Shown piece by piece: positions 23,638 through 38,000 of a stretch of 64,000 bases of DNA; the first letter of the stretch is position 1, and every line of letters begins with the position of its first letter. The translations under genes and the position numbers were made by a program. Source of the stretch: Marsupella aquatica (taxonomy: Eukaryota; Plantae; Marchantiophyta); NCBI GenBank assembly GCA_973895155.1, contig OZ316894.1, positions 25,728,709-25,792,708 on the forward strand, given 5' to 3'. Under the pieces are notes generated by a model that was not told the origin of the DNA, did not search any database, and saw nothing but the letters and a program-made list of their open reading frames with translations.

Positions 23638-25055
23638 GGTGACAAGCCAGCACTATTAATACACCGCAAAAGCAGCTGTGCACCTCCTGTCACTACACCA
23701 ACCACCAGCTTGATCTCAATCCCCCATACTCCTGATACTCCTCCCCTTCCTCCTCCTCCTCGAGCTGAACCTTAGAATAATACTGCACAATAGCTAACGA
23801 AACATTCCATTCTCCCCATCGCCCCTCAGGACTCCTACTGCCGCAACCCTTTTGGGCGCACGGCATTAGCATTCAGCCGAACCCATCGTCCTCGCGCTGC
23901 TTGCTCATCACGCGCCTTCCTCCTGCCTCTCCCCCCGCCACTCCTCCGCCTGGCCACATTCTAGTCACGGTCCAGGCGACATCGACGAACTACAAGGGAA
24001 GTACATAATTCTAAAGCTGGTCCCCTCTCACCCTCTGCCTCCTCCGCTCTCCTCCATCGCCACAAGGTACACAGGCAGGTCTCTCCTGCACTCACAGAAT
24101 GAATCACAGACATGGACGAATGACGTCCCCGACTAGGTTCATGTACAGCGTGGTAGATCGCAATGCAACGGACCACTACAAGACAATTTTCCATCTTTTA
24201 AACTGCCTCCATTTAACACCGAAATAACGACTAAAATGCCGTAAACCTACTCCGATCCTCTTCCCACTAAATTAAATGTCCCCAGTAGGTCACGCGGGAG
24301 TAAACAGTGCCCTCGTTTCAAACCTCGACCGGGAACATCCAGTTTTCCAGTTCTTCGGGCCGCCAAGCAAGTTTCAGCCGGTTTCTGCCTGTCATAGACA
24401 TGGATGCACTTGTTTGTGGCCTCGAAACCATTCATTCGAGAATGGAGTCATTGGGTGGCTATGCCAGAGCATTGAGCATATTTGGAAACTAGTTCACCTG
24501 CGACCGCCGGTGATCAGGTACATTATTAATTTACGCAGTGGTATGTAAAGGCGTAAAGCTGCACAGACGCGGGACACGTAGGCCCACGCAAAGTGCGGCA
24601 GGGCCTCCCTCGGACCCTCCGACATCAATACGGGGTAAGCGGGGAGTTGGGGGCCCCCACAGCACCTCCCTGGCCACTCTCATACGACCCCGACTCCCTG
24701 AGCATGTGGGCCCCGGGACAGTGTGGGACAGCCTGCTGTCAGGAGTCTCAGGCATCAATCGACGGTGACGGGGGAGTGATAACACGATCACCCGGCGGCA
24801 AGCCCTACTCAGGGAACTCTGATATCCGACCACCCTATGAGCCTACAATAATGGATCCCTCGTTCGCTGAAAGACGGCTGCGTTTGTACCTCCCAGCCAG
24901 CCATAGCACAACACGTACCTCGCCCAAACTAACACGTCTTGCCTTGCGCGAAACGCAACGAGAGACCCAGCCTTGATCATGTAATGGCAGTATGGCACTG
25001 CCAACATCTGAACTCCGCGATAATGAGGGTGGGATAGCAAGATGTCAAGGGCAAT

Positions 25056-25370
25056 TAGGGCGTCTCAAATTTAAGCATTTGGAATTCCAAATGGCACCCG
25101 GGATTTCACAGTCGCGGGCCGCCCGGATCAGGTGGTCGGCCCACCGATTTGGTGACCGGAAAGTTTTTACCAGGTTTTTTTGGTTACAATTTTGCTTTGG
25201 AAACACCCAGGTCTAACCCGTGCCGGGGCTCCTTTTAGGTGCGAGGTAAAGTTCAGACCCCCAGTTTTTTGGGACCCGATTTTGGGTACCGGTGTTCAAT
25301 ATCGGGCGGCGACCAGAGACATCCGGGTGACCGGAAGGAGTCCTAGAACGCGCAGGGTTGAGACGCCCTA
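25056..25370. mobile_element. hAT-like MITE with 13-bp TIR TAGGGCGTCTCAA
   Basis: TIRs at 25056-68 and 25358-70, with ACCGG/ACCCG-rich interior. No intact 8-bp TSD. An orphan matching end TTGAGACGCCCTA lies at ~17708-17720. Confidence 0.65.
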
Positions 25371-28300
25371 TTGGAGTTACTCAGTCTGTAAAGTGTCTGA
25401 AACCACCTCTGAGTATACAGGAATTTTGAATTTTGTTTTTCTGTTTTTTTTAAGGAAAGGGGAGCGGGGGCGTGGATAACGCATAAGGGGGCAAAAGCCA
25501 CCCGACAAACCGGGCCCAAGGCCCCGAGGCAGGAAAACCAGCAAACCAAACCACACTAGTCAGGCCAGGGGACCCTAATAATCAACCTCACCTCCTGCAC
25601 CTTGACCCTTACATCTCAGCTGACCTTGCTGAGATGGGATGTATGTGTGGTACAAACACTCCATAGTGAAATGTTTAAATATTCTTGCTCAAATTGTCTT
25701 TATTATGCCACAAGTTGACGGTCTCCCTGAGATGAGGTGGTAAAGGATATCAGACCCGCTGATAACTACATTGCTCCATCAAATCTTGTTGTCTCCCTCT
25801 TTGAGATTCAACACTTGCAACTCACTCTCCAGAACTTTCACCTGGCTTCCACAGAAAATTCAAGGATTACTTTGCAAGAAAATTCAAGCAAAACACCAAA
25901 CAGCTAGAACACATATTAAGTAAAATCTGGAATTAGTTTCCACTCATGTTTCTGAGTGGAAACACCATCAATCCACCTGATGCTGAATTCCCAGCCAAGA
26001 GCACATCCAATTATGCTAGGTCAGCTGCTATTGAAGGAGTTTGATGATGCTACTATTTCAGCCTCCAAGCAGGGGTGTGAAGTGGAATGTGAATAAAGAG
26101 GTAATAGTGCCGGTGGTGGTTTGAAGGCACATAACAATCAAGGAGGTTGTTCTTGTTAAGCCCCTGTTATACAGTGGGGGACTTCTGTCTGTCATCTTAG
26201 AAGTGGCCAGAGCACCAAGCATGGGTCCATGCCGGCTTTGTCCTGGCAAGCCTATGTCCTGCCATTATTTTATTCTTTTGTGTAAGTTCACATCTTTAGT
26301 GTTACTTGCTCCAAAACTCATCCTCTAGTCATTTATTTGGGTGGATGCAAGATAACCCCTCACTGGTTTTTATTTTTGTACCCTTTTATATAACAGCACC
26401 TGTGGGAGATAATATTATTATAAAATACGTACAACTATCACAGCACCTGTGGTGCATAACATTTTTTGACGTGCCCCACATATTTTTATGTTTTGTATAT
26501 AATTCCTACAACTACCACAGCACCTGTGAAGCACCAAACATTTGACTCGCCCAAAGCGTTAAGTTTGGCATGAAATCAAAAACAACAATAAGAGTGTGGG
26601 CGTTGCCCTGGCCTTCTGGTCCTCCCTTTCAGTGGGGTTTCACGGGTTGTAGTGCAAAAAAAAAACTATAATAAGAGGTCCAGCCACTTTTTAGAGTGGT
26701 AGTCTCACAATCTTCTGTGCTTTCCATGCCAATGAAAGTCTGGGAAAATGGAAGAGAAAGTATAGGAAATGAAATCAAGAGGAAACCAAGCCGGGACAAA
26801 ATGTGTGGGGAGGGGGGAGGAAGACTCCTTCTCGGTACTCCCCTAGATCCTACTTGTAAGTAGAGTCCCTACCTGGCTGAATTGATCCTCCACTCAATCT
26901 TACCCACAGTTGTTGCAGAGTAGTCCTGGCTCAATGTCATTGCCAGTACATTCCCTGGCCCAATGCCCTTGCCAATAATCCCTGGTCAGTGGCAAAGTAT
27001 TAGCTCGTGATGCATATTGGATTTGAGCGTTCATTGGATTCAATTAGCGTTTTCCCTTACCACTGATGAAAGAAATATACCCATTGATGGAATAATATAT
27101 ACCCCTGACAAATATGCCCCATTTGGCACAGAATCCTTCCTAAAGAGTTGTAGGTGGGGATTGGATTTGAGACCAGATCGTAGATCGTAGTTATAGATCA
27201 CAGTGATGCTCCTTCCCTAAGGTACATCATAACATATCTTCGTAAAATTTCTCTCCTTGGGAAAATTGCGCATTTAAAAGAGGAGCTCCAGAACTAACAC
27301 TCGGTCCTAACGTGTTTTGTCATACTGTCACTGGCTGTAAGTAATAGCATTCCTGGAGATCCTCGTGTTCGGTCGAGGGTGACGGAGGTACTCGTTTGTA
27401 GATCTCCCGGAATAATTCTGGTGACATCCAACAACGAGATGACTGAATGCGTCTAGTGAAGACTGAGTAGGAGACGCGCAAACGACGAGCTGCTGCCGCT
27501 TTGCTCTCTCAACATTTGAGACGAGCGTGGGCAGAAGAAGAATTCTAGTTGCAGGGCTATTTTGCAAGGCTTCTCAGCAAAGCATGCCGTAGTCAAACCA
27601 TGAAAGTTGGCAGATGTACCCTACTTGGCTGAAAGCAGGAGTTTGTATGATTTGAACTGACAGAGTACATAGCTAGCTCTGATTCTTGAATCGTTTCGGT
27701 AACGCTTATTAGTTGATCTCTACCAGCAGGTAGTAAGATAGTAAGATGTCCTGTCAGTTGCTTGTAGACGGTCGGTTTGCTCTCCAGATCGGATCCGGCA
27801 TCCGCACCAGTCTGCTCGGGTTTGGGGGCTGTGGACGGGGTGAAATGGACTTCTTTCCCTGCATGTCCTAGCCCTGCTTTCCAGAACCAGGGACTTAATT
27901 GACCCCTATCCTAGACATAGGTTGCGTATCGGTGCTTTGCTTTCTCCTATTTCTTTAATCGCTCTTTAATAATTGGCACGAAAGCATCTACGGTAATGCA
28001 GTTGTGCACAAGGCTTGCTAGCACTGTGTGCCATACGGGTTAAATGCTAGGCAGAGGCGTCAGGTCGCAGCAACCTGACTCCACCAACAGTGCGAACGGA
28101 GGTAAAGAATTTTGAATCTCTTCGTATAGAGCTTGCAATATAATCTATCATTTATCAGCAAACCTTTGTGGCTTTCATGACGTAAGTTCGGAGCGATTCA
28201 AGTGATGGTTACTGAAGTTAAGTTGATGAACTTCTAATATTCACGAGCCATTCTTTGAATGATAATAGAGATGACATATCATGCAGATCATCATTTTATC

Positions 28301-29358
28301 ATCCATAACATCTCATGGTGCTTTCCATTCACATAAATTGTGGTGGGGCCCTAAAGTCACGGTGTAGAGGTTTCACTCTAGAAGCCTCGACTCCAACTCT
28401 AGCTTCTCATCCCGATACCATCACCCCTCAAGTTAGTGGTGGAGTTTCTCATAAGTTGGTACAGGAACCCCTCCCGCCTACCGTCTCCGGTCCTTCGCCT
28501 CCAGTATGCTCTTCTGGTTGGTATCTCGATTGGTCGCCTTGGTACAGTCCGCGCCAATTCCTTCTTGGGGATAGGATTGACAAAAAGGAGAAGGAAAGAA
28601 CCAAGAATAAACCAAATTACTTGATGGAAACCAACATGCAGACTCAGTTTCATGATAAGGCGTATCATCCTTGCGGGACTTTGGCCTGGGAGTTGTACAC
28701 AATGACTTTGCTACGATTTGGAAACTTCATTGTCATATTCAATTAGAAGTTTTTGCTCAGAAACGTCATTGATGACAGTTTCAAGTCTGAAGAATTCGGC
28801 CGTTGGACAATTGATGGGTACTGGCAGGAGTTACTTTTCTCAAAAGTGATCAGTCAATTATAATTCTCCCCAAACCAGTGTCTCTGAAATGGTGGGCATC
28901 CACATTCTCATCATCATTTGTTTCTCCCCAAACCAGTGTCAATGAAATGGTAGACATTCTCACCAAGCTACTTCGTTACGAGGTGTGTTGTCAAAGTTTT
29001 CAACATTGCTCCACAATCAAATGTGGATTAGAGCACAAGATCACTTTCCTTGGCATCTGCGCGGTTTTGAGACACATGGCATATAACGCAAAGCTGTAGG
29101 CACCATAGAAGCTTTCAGCGCTCTAGATTACAATAGGTAGAAAAAACATGCTCTTCTGTTCGGAGATTTTACATTTAAAATTTACATCTCGCTGGATCTC
29201 TCCCAGGTATTCGAGTACAGTACTTTAACATAGAGCCAAAGGCCATTCTTGTGGTGTTCTTGCAGGCCTGCTAGGGGTGCTTAACCGACACATTCTTCTG
29301 ACAGCGTGCTCGCTACATGGATATCCTAGTCGCTATATTACAACTTCAGAGTTGGACT

Positions 29359-30998
29359 TTACTTTCTTCCAGAAAGGAACTCTGATATAGCACCATAAGT
29401 CTCCGGCTGCTCTAGCTTTACAGGAGCTTCTGAAGGGTTTGCGATGGCAGCCGAGAGTTGTGAGGTATCTTGACACAGAGAGGCCTGCAAGAACGCCACA
29501 AGAATGCCTGCAGAAAACCTACGCATGGGTTCTCTTAATGGGCCATTCTTACACACACAATAAGAGAGCAAGCCTTGTACTCCCCCAGTGTCATCATTCA
29601 TGTAGTCCATATGCCCGTACTCCGAGGCTACAAAGTGGAATGCTGGACCGTCACTGTCGTAGAAAAAGGCTTCGTGACTAACACCGTCAGGTGCACACGG
29701 AGGAAAAAGGAAGTTTCTCCTTACAGTGCCTAGCCCTGCTCCAACTATGAGGGTTGGGATGCCGAGCTTCAGTGAATGCTGGGAAAATTTAAGGATTGGG
29801 GGTTTCGTTTGTTGACCTACACCCATGCCATCAACAGGATCCAAGCCAGCAATTGCGGAAATGTTCAAAGCAGTTTTGCAAACACCTGTGGCGAGTCCGA
29901 ACACAACTTTGCCACCCCTGCTATGCCCTACTAATGCAAGCTTGTCCAGGTCCGGTTTTACTGAATTTACTCGATTCGATAGAGCTTGCTGCAACCCTGA
30001 CGGAAACCAATCTATGATAGAAGCTGCGCTGCAAATTTCTTCAGTTGCATCTGATCCGGAGAAAAAGCTGTACATCTGAATCAGATAAGTCCGCAAGTAA
30101 GATGAAGGTCAGTGAGGAAACACAATCAAGTGGATTTGCCATCCCATGACATCTTCACTGTAGCTCAGTCATTCTGCCAGGTCCTTGATTGGTAAGGACC
30201 TAAGGCAAAACAACGAAGACGCATAAATCCTCCTTTTGCTACCAGACAAAAGGAAACAACTATGGAAACCTAGCAACTATCAAAATGCTAATAAATGATG
30301 ACATTTTGCAACGATACGATTCAGATTGCACAACTCCTAAAAGCTAAATACTCGGACATGGCAAAAAGATTTGGTAAATCCTGAAGCTCTCAGGGAAAGC
30401 ACAATTCTTGACCTTCCCCTGAATGCTTCAAGATACAGTGCAAAGGGGCTTTCAGCACACACCATATACAACGTAACGAAGAAAGTATCTCAAGTCGATA
30501 ACACTAGGTTCAAGTTATCATTCAAGTATACCCACATGGCCATCGCCACCAACTAACAAGAGGTCTAGAGGGTTCTCGAAGATGTACCTGTGGCGCAACT
30601 ACGATGAAGCCATATGAGGCGACGTGCTTCATCAACTGACTGTAAAAAGTATTCTTCAAGGTGAAACCATGCTGGACCACAACGACTGGGTATTCGCCGG
30701 CTTTTTCCGGCGTAGCAATCAGCAATGGCCTGGGGGGCTCATTGGCGAGTCTAATTTCGGCGAAAGAACCATATGCATTCGAATCTGAGCTCTTGCCTTT
30801 CTTGTGGCCTGCCTTTGACAGACCAGTCGAGTAAACGGTGTAGAGATCCACCTTCAGAGGGCCCTCGTTGTAAATGTCTGAAGCAAGGTGCAGCATGTCA
30901 GTTTCCTCCACAGTGAGCTGCCTTGCTTGCACCATGGCCAGCAGTGCAAACAGAACGCTCACCCATACCCACTGCCTGTCACTTCTCATAGACTCCAT
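29359..30998 (-). CDS. CLH: Chlorophyllase; exons 30998..30588 and 30075..29359
   Basis: Signal-peptide-like N-terminus, 'PRPLLIATP..GEYPVVV.QHGF', 'YSQLMKHVASYGFIVVAPQ|MY', catalytic 'GHSRGG', 'LDPVDG', 'CAPDGVSH', 'YGHMDYMNDDT'. Phase-0 GT-AG intron. Confidence 0.93.
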
Positions 30999-33900
30999 TT
31001 CACTCCTTGAGTTGCTTTCTTTGCCCACTTCCACAGCACCGCTGATTGCCTTTATTTAAGATTGGCCTGCAAGGGAGAGCAGTGCATGGCAATGCTTTCA
31101 GGATCCTAGCACTTCCCCTAATACTAACTCGCTGGAAAAAACTCTAGAGGTACAGAAACCTGAATCGCAGACATCTACCTTTGTCCCAATTTTGAAATTA
31201 CAAGCAGAACTCTATTCCGCTCCTCTAGCACTGAACGACTTGAAGGACCTCAGGGCTAACCGAAACAAAAAGATGAATCAAACAAAATTACCCCTGCTGT
31301 CAAAAGCAATTGTGGTGCCTCAATCACAACTCTCCTCTCCCCTCTGTGCTCTACTTGACTTAAAACCCTCTATCCAGTAAACAGTACAACATTGCCAACC
31401 CAAAAAGGAGCTGTGAAGTTCCTCGCATAATAAACTACAACCCCTTCCGACTCCACCCGCCAGACCCTCCCTTCCCACCCGCCAAGCCAGACGATGTGCT
31501 CTCGGCAGAGTCCATCTAGAGAGCTCCGATCAATCAGTCTAAATCTACGGGTCAATTGCAAAAAGGGTCAACAGAATGCACTCCCTTCTGGGTCTCAAGA
31601 TTAGTAGAATGAGAAACCAAGTAGACCCAGGGAAAGCAGTTATAATCGAGCCCAGCCCAGTTCTCGGTCTGGCTGTCTATCCACACGGACTGTTGGTCCT
31701 ATGAACTCACTGGGTTCCCGCGAACATTAAATTGATTGATTCACCATGTTATCTTTCTGCCAGTCTCTGTGGATCGAAGGCCGACAGTATCAACGCGTTG
31801 AATCTATACCCCATTGCTCAATTGAACCCAAATCATTCGTAAACTCGCTCCTATTTAGCTAGAGAACGTTAATATCATCAACCCAAAGAATCACCAGCGA
31901 CGGCTTATGCAGGGCGTACCTCGAGAGAGAGTTGGGGCGTCTCGAACGGCGGTCTCCATGCAGAGCTGACGGACACTCACTCCAATAGAGTCCTACTAGC
32001 GAGGAAAGCTTCGAATCACTCGTGACAAACCAGCTCCCTGCAATGAGGTCAGGCTCCGATCCCTTATAGACAGCACTGAGCAGAAGCCTCACTGAAGGAA
32101 ATGAGGGAAGGAGCGATTCAGTGACGATGAGCAAGTCTCTCTCTATCTCTCTCTCGCAGTCTCGCTCTTTCCTGAATGTCAAAGATTCGAGATTCGACGG
32201 GGAGGGGAGATAGCTTGGCATTGCAGCAACTTTGCTCCTATCTTCGCCGAAATTTCGACGTGTCACATTCTTTCAGGCTCCTCATAAAGAGACGAGTGTC
32301 GCTTCCAAGTAAATCTCATTATGTTTGCCCCACCATCCCATCCCGCACACAATTCTTCTCAATTTGTCTGCCCACACAACTCGTTCGACCTCTTCCGTTG
32401 ATTATGTGAACGGACGATGCTAGGTGGAAGGGTAACCCACATCCCCAAGGTTACAATAAAGCGTCTCAAAGATCTTTACCAGGATAACGTCTACAGTTGT
32501 GGGAACTCCCATAAAACGTGGAGAAGTCAATCTTCCCTATGTAAGGAAAGCCAAGTGTCTCAACACTTAATCATTAACCATAGCCTTCCCGAAACTTTAG
32601 CTGCAAATTCTGAAATCTAACTACTAAATCTCAAAGAACGCCTAGAGTGGGGTTCTAGACTTCTAGTGTGAAGCCTCTAGACAGTAACCCCTCTGGCCCC
32701 ACTAAATTGATGTCCATGGAAAAAAGGAGGGGACATTATGTATCTAAAAAAGTTGAACATGCATGATGATTTTTGTCATCATGCATTTCACATTAAAAGA
32801 GTGGGCATTCAGGTTTGATGTGGTGATGGGCTGTTGCATTGAGGTGGCAGCTGACCATAAATAAAAGAAAGAGGATATATGACATCCAACTAAGATGAGG
32901 CCATAATCCCTGCCTTTATGAGGAGGGCTGTCTACCCCCATTTAAAAAAAAATGCTTCATGGGGTCCCATACCAGAGTTGTGATGGACCATAAATCCATA
33001 AATTTCAGCCACAGCCCAGCTTTGAGACACCATAATAATAAAAGTACTGTACACCTCATCTCTGTTAAAGCACTGACAGCGCATAAAGTATACAGTGTGG
33101 ATAGTATATTTGCGCAATGGCAAGGGAGAAAATGTTGATCCCAAATGCAGGAGACCCAGTAACATGAGAAATGAGAGAAAAGCATGAGGAAGACCAAAAT
33201 CCTGAGAGCACCCTACAATGGTAAAAGAATTAAAGCCCTATCGAGCAGCAAATTGAGGTGCCTGGTAAAGCTCCAATTGAACCTAAATTGTATAAGAGGG
33301 TCATAAAGAAGATTTGTCCACAGGCCCTAAAACAAAATGTAGGATTTGGTTAAATTAGAGGGACTTCTGTTAACATAGAAGGCGGGTCACTCAGGATTAG
33401 AAGTAGAAAGCTAAATAGGAGCTGGAACTTTTTCACTGTACTATGAACTCTATTTTTGTCACCATGGATCGTATCGTAGCAACAGTGGTAGGGGTCACCA
33501 GGTTTGGTTATCAGGGATGGGGTGTGACGTTACTTAGAGGATGGCTGGGATTGTGAGCTAGCTAGGGAATTGTAGCATGTAGAGAAAGGAGAATCAGCCC
33601 CTGCTTTGCACGTTCTTGCCCCCCAATTGGAAGTAGGAGGCGCATGGTTTACATTTGTGTGCAGATTGATGGTAAACCTTTCCGAGTCTGGGAGGATGCT
33701 TTCCCAAGACTAGAGAAAATCAATATAAGGCTATGGTTAATGGGAGTTTAGAAGTTAGTCTGGCCCCCAAAGAGCGTGCCAAGTATCTTCAATTACATGG
33801 AATCTCCGCATAAGTAGATCCTGTAATGGGAGATGATTGGTGATGGCATGTTGAGTTGGTCATGTGGTCCATAGGCTCTTAGAAGTTCCAGACCAGGTTG

Positions 33901-35095
33901 TTCTGGTTATTTCTATCCATTGCCCTTATACGCCTGGAGTATGGTGACCAATGCCCCAGGTTGGACAAAGTAGGTGACTTGCTTCACACTACACTGCAGC
34001 AGCAGTTGCTTTTGGCCAGAGTCAGTTGGCAGGGATGACTCAATTGTCATATCTTGTGCCTTTGTTGTCACAACTCCTATGTATGTCTCTGCTGGCTGCT
34101 GCCCCATTTGGCTAATGATGGTAAGCTAGGAACTGTGAACTAGCTTGCAACTTGCCTACCAGATATTCTATAGCTTTAAAAACAAAAGCCCTAAATTCTG
34201 TAGCTATGTCCTTAGGCAACTCTTTTACAGTTGTATGCTAGTAAGTGTCTTGGTACATTTTGTTAGAAGTGTATTATCACGTCACATGCTTAAATACATG
34301 CTGATCATTTGTAAGCAAAATCATTGATGAGTATAAGAAAGTACACTGTTCACCTTAATTAATGCAACTTACATTAATTTGAGAGCGTCCATTTTTAGGG
34401 TCTACTTGTAAATTAGTGTTAGTCACACTAATTTCGTGCTAACACTAATTTTGCGCACATGAATTAGTGTTACTATGGTCTTAAGAATGGCAAAATAGAG
34501 AGAAAACAACTATTTTGAAAAATTCACAACAATTAGTGTTACTTTTGTTGAGCATAGACGACATTCGCAACGACAAGCCCATGAACCATCCAACGCACAA
34601 GAGTCGACACAGAGAGATACGTGGTTCACCTCCACATGAGGCTACGTCCACGGGAACACACAAGAGCTTTACTGCACTCTAGGCCGACCGGCCATACCAA
34701 GCATCCACAGCACAAGCTCTCCCTATCTCTCAACTAGCTCTGTAACAATGAGCCTAAGTTCCACCAGGGTCTGGCATCAGCCCTGGCTATATACACAACA
34801 GCACTACCGCTAACAATAGCTAAGTCCTAACCCGAGTTAGCCTAACTGTAGTTAGCTCATGAGTCACAAGACTAGAGCAATATCTAACAAACTCCCCCTT
34901 GACTCTTGTCTTGGGGACTGGACTAATGCTACCATATGGAATCCTCAGCGGGAAGTTCTAGACAATCACCAAACCAGGTCTCCCCCTAAAAACCACAAGG
35001 GTTAACTAAGGGTTAACTAGAACTAAGCCGTAGCCAAACAGGAATGAATAATTCATATACAAATAGTCACACATTGCTAAATAACTCTACTTGCA

Positions 35096-38000
35096 CTACA
35101 ACTGCAAAACCTTCAAAGTAGCACGGCGTCTTGAGAAACTCTCCAAAGGAATCACTTTGGTAAAGGCATCAGCGGGATTGAGCTTTCCATCAATCTTGAC
35201 TAGCTCAAAAGTTTTATCAGACACTGCTTGCCTGATAAAATGGTACCTGATATCAATGTGTTTCACCCTGCTATCCATCACCTGGTTAGCAGCCAAGTGA
35301 AGAGCACTCTGACTATCACAGTTTAGAGTCATTTTGCCATGCTCTAAACCCATCTCCGCGATCAACTTATCCAACCAAATAGCTTCCTTTGCCGCTTCTG
35401 CTATTGCAACATACTCTGCTTCTGTAGTAGACTGAGAAATGCACTTCTGCAAGGTAGATTTCCAACTGATACATCCTCCTCCAAGAGTGTATACAAACCT
35501 AGTTGTAGACCTCCTTGTATCCAAACAGCCTCCATAGTTAGAATCTACATAGCCAACTAACGTTCTATCTGATCTGTTATCAAATAGTAATCCATAGTCC
35601 TGTGTACCCTTGAGATACCTGAGAATCCACTTCACAGCTTCCCAATGTACCTTCCCTGGATTTGACATGAATCTGCTAACCTTGCCCATCGCTAGGGCCA
35701 AGTCAGGCCTAGTGCAAGTCATCAAATACATCAGACTGCCTACTGCCTTCTCATAAGGAATCTTAGCCATCAGACCTTTCTCCACAGCATCCGTAGGAGA
35801 GAAAGCTGATGATAACTTGAAATGTGAAGCTAAAGGAATACTCACTGGCTTATAGTTTTCCATGTTGAATCGTGCAAGTACTTTCCTCGCATACTGGCCT
35901 TGACTCAAGCACAACTGTCCAGTATCAGAGTTCCTAAAAATCTCCATCCCTAAGATCCTCTTGGCCTTACCAAGATCCTTCATCCTGAATTCAACACTCA
36001 ATTTCGTCTTGAGACTGTCAACCTCAGATTGATCTTTAGCCACAATCAGCATGTCATCCACATAGATCTCCAGAATGATGAAACCAAATACATCATTCTT
36101 GACTGATTTCGTATACACACAAGGATCATACACCATCCTTGTAAAACCTTGAGCAAGCATGAAATCATCAAACCGCTTGTTCCACTGTCTGGGAGATTGC
36201 TTCAATCCATACAAGGACTTGAGCAATCTGTAAATTAAGTTCTCTTGGCCCTTCTTCATAAAGCCTAGTGGCTGTCTCATGAAGATCATCTCTTCCAAGT
36301 TGCCATAGAGAAAAGTAGTAACAACATCCATCTGATCCATCACCAGATTAAAAAACACAACAAGTTGACACAAGATCCGAATTGTGGAATACTTAGCCAC
36401 CGGTGAAAAGACCTCATTGTAGTCCACTCCTTTCTCCTGAGTGAACCCCTTGGAAACAAGCCTTGCCTTGTAGATCTTATCTCCACCCTCTGAAGGACTG
36501 TCCTTCAACTTGTAAATCCACTTGTTGTCCACCACTAGCTTGCTGACCTCTTGGAAGCTCCACGAGCTCCCATGTCTTGTTGTCACTCAAAGATTGCAAC
36601 TCCCTCTGCATTGTTGCATTCCACTCATGCTTCTGCTCTGAAGCACAAGCCTTACTGTACGAAGAAGGCTCTCCTTCTTCCAAGATCAAAGCCATATCAT
36701 TTTCATCAGGTGCAATGTCAATATCATCTAGCTTAGATGAGTCTGCCCATTGACCATACCTGGTAGGAGCTCTAGTAGAACGACTGGAAGTTCTTCTAGT
36801 AGATGACTCAGACTGATCTGTTGCTGCTGCTGCTGGTTGAATTTGAGGTACCCGAGCAACAATCTTCTCCTCTTGTTCTATCACAAGAACCAGCTCCAAG
36901 CCCGGAGCTTCTCCATCTCTCCTGTCATGAACTGCATCATGACTAATCTCCCCCTCAACCCGGTCCGGGATGGGAGATTTCCCCTTGTCAGTATGGAAGT
37001 CCTGAGAACTCTCCCCCTCCTTTGATGATCTGGACTCATTAAAGGATACATCTCTACTGACAATCAGCTTACAGGTTACTGGATCCCATAACCTATAACC
37101 CTTCACACCTTTCTGATAGCCAACGAAAATGCACTTCTTCGACTTGGACTCCAGCTTGGATCGAAGCTGGGAAGGTGTAAGCACATAAGCATCACATCCA
37201 AAAATCCTCAGATGTGAGTAATCTGTTGGACGCCCGTACCTCATTTCAAATGGCGTCTTGAATCCAATAGAACTGGATGGAGAAAAATTTACCAAATAAG
37301 CTGTAGTGTTGACAGCTTCAGCCCAAAACTCATGTGGTAAGCATGATTGACTGAACATACTCCTCGAGCGGTCCAATAGTGTTCGGTTGAGTCTCTCAGA
37401 AACACCATTCTGCTGAGGAGTATAACTTGTTGTAAGATGGCAGATAATCCCCTGCTTCTTACAATACGTTCCAAATTCCCCGGAACAGTATTCACCGCCG
37501 TTATCCGATCAAAGATATCTCACCTTATTACCAATCTGATTCTCAACTTGGGCTTTCCACTCCTTAAAAGTGGCAAAAACATCAGACTTATTGTGTAGAA
37601 AGTATATCCATACATACCTTGAGTAATCGTCTATGAACGTGACATAGTATAACCGTCCAGAATGTGAGGGAGTAGGGGCTGGACCCCACACATCACTATG
37701 TACATACTCAAGTACCTCCTTGCTGGTGTGAGTTTCAACTTCGAAGTGTTTTCTGTGCTGCTTCCCTAGCACACAGTACTCACAAAATTCCAACTTACAT
37801 GATTGCAAATTAGAAAGTAATCCTTTCTTCTGAAGAATAACCAAACCTTTTTCATTCATGTGGCCCAAACGGAAGTGCCACAGCCGGCCCGTCTCCTCAT
37901 GAGATAAGGTTACATTGGCTTCATCACAAACTACACTGCCCTCTAAAATGTATAGATTGCTATGTCTCTTTCCCTTCAATACAACCGGGAATACAACTTT

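Noticed and set aside
24544-25006. Possible solo LTR starting TGTAAAG
   Set aside because: No matching CA end with a 5-bp TSD was found.
25620-26250. Possible degraded retrotransposon gag ('KFKDYFARKF')
   Set aside because: One weak motif with no supporting structure.
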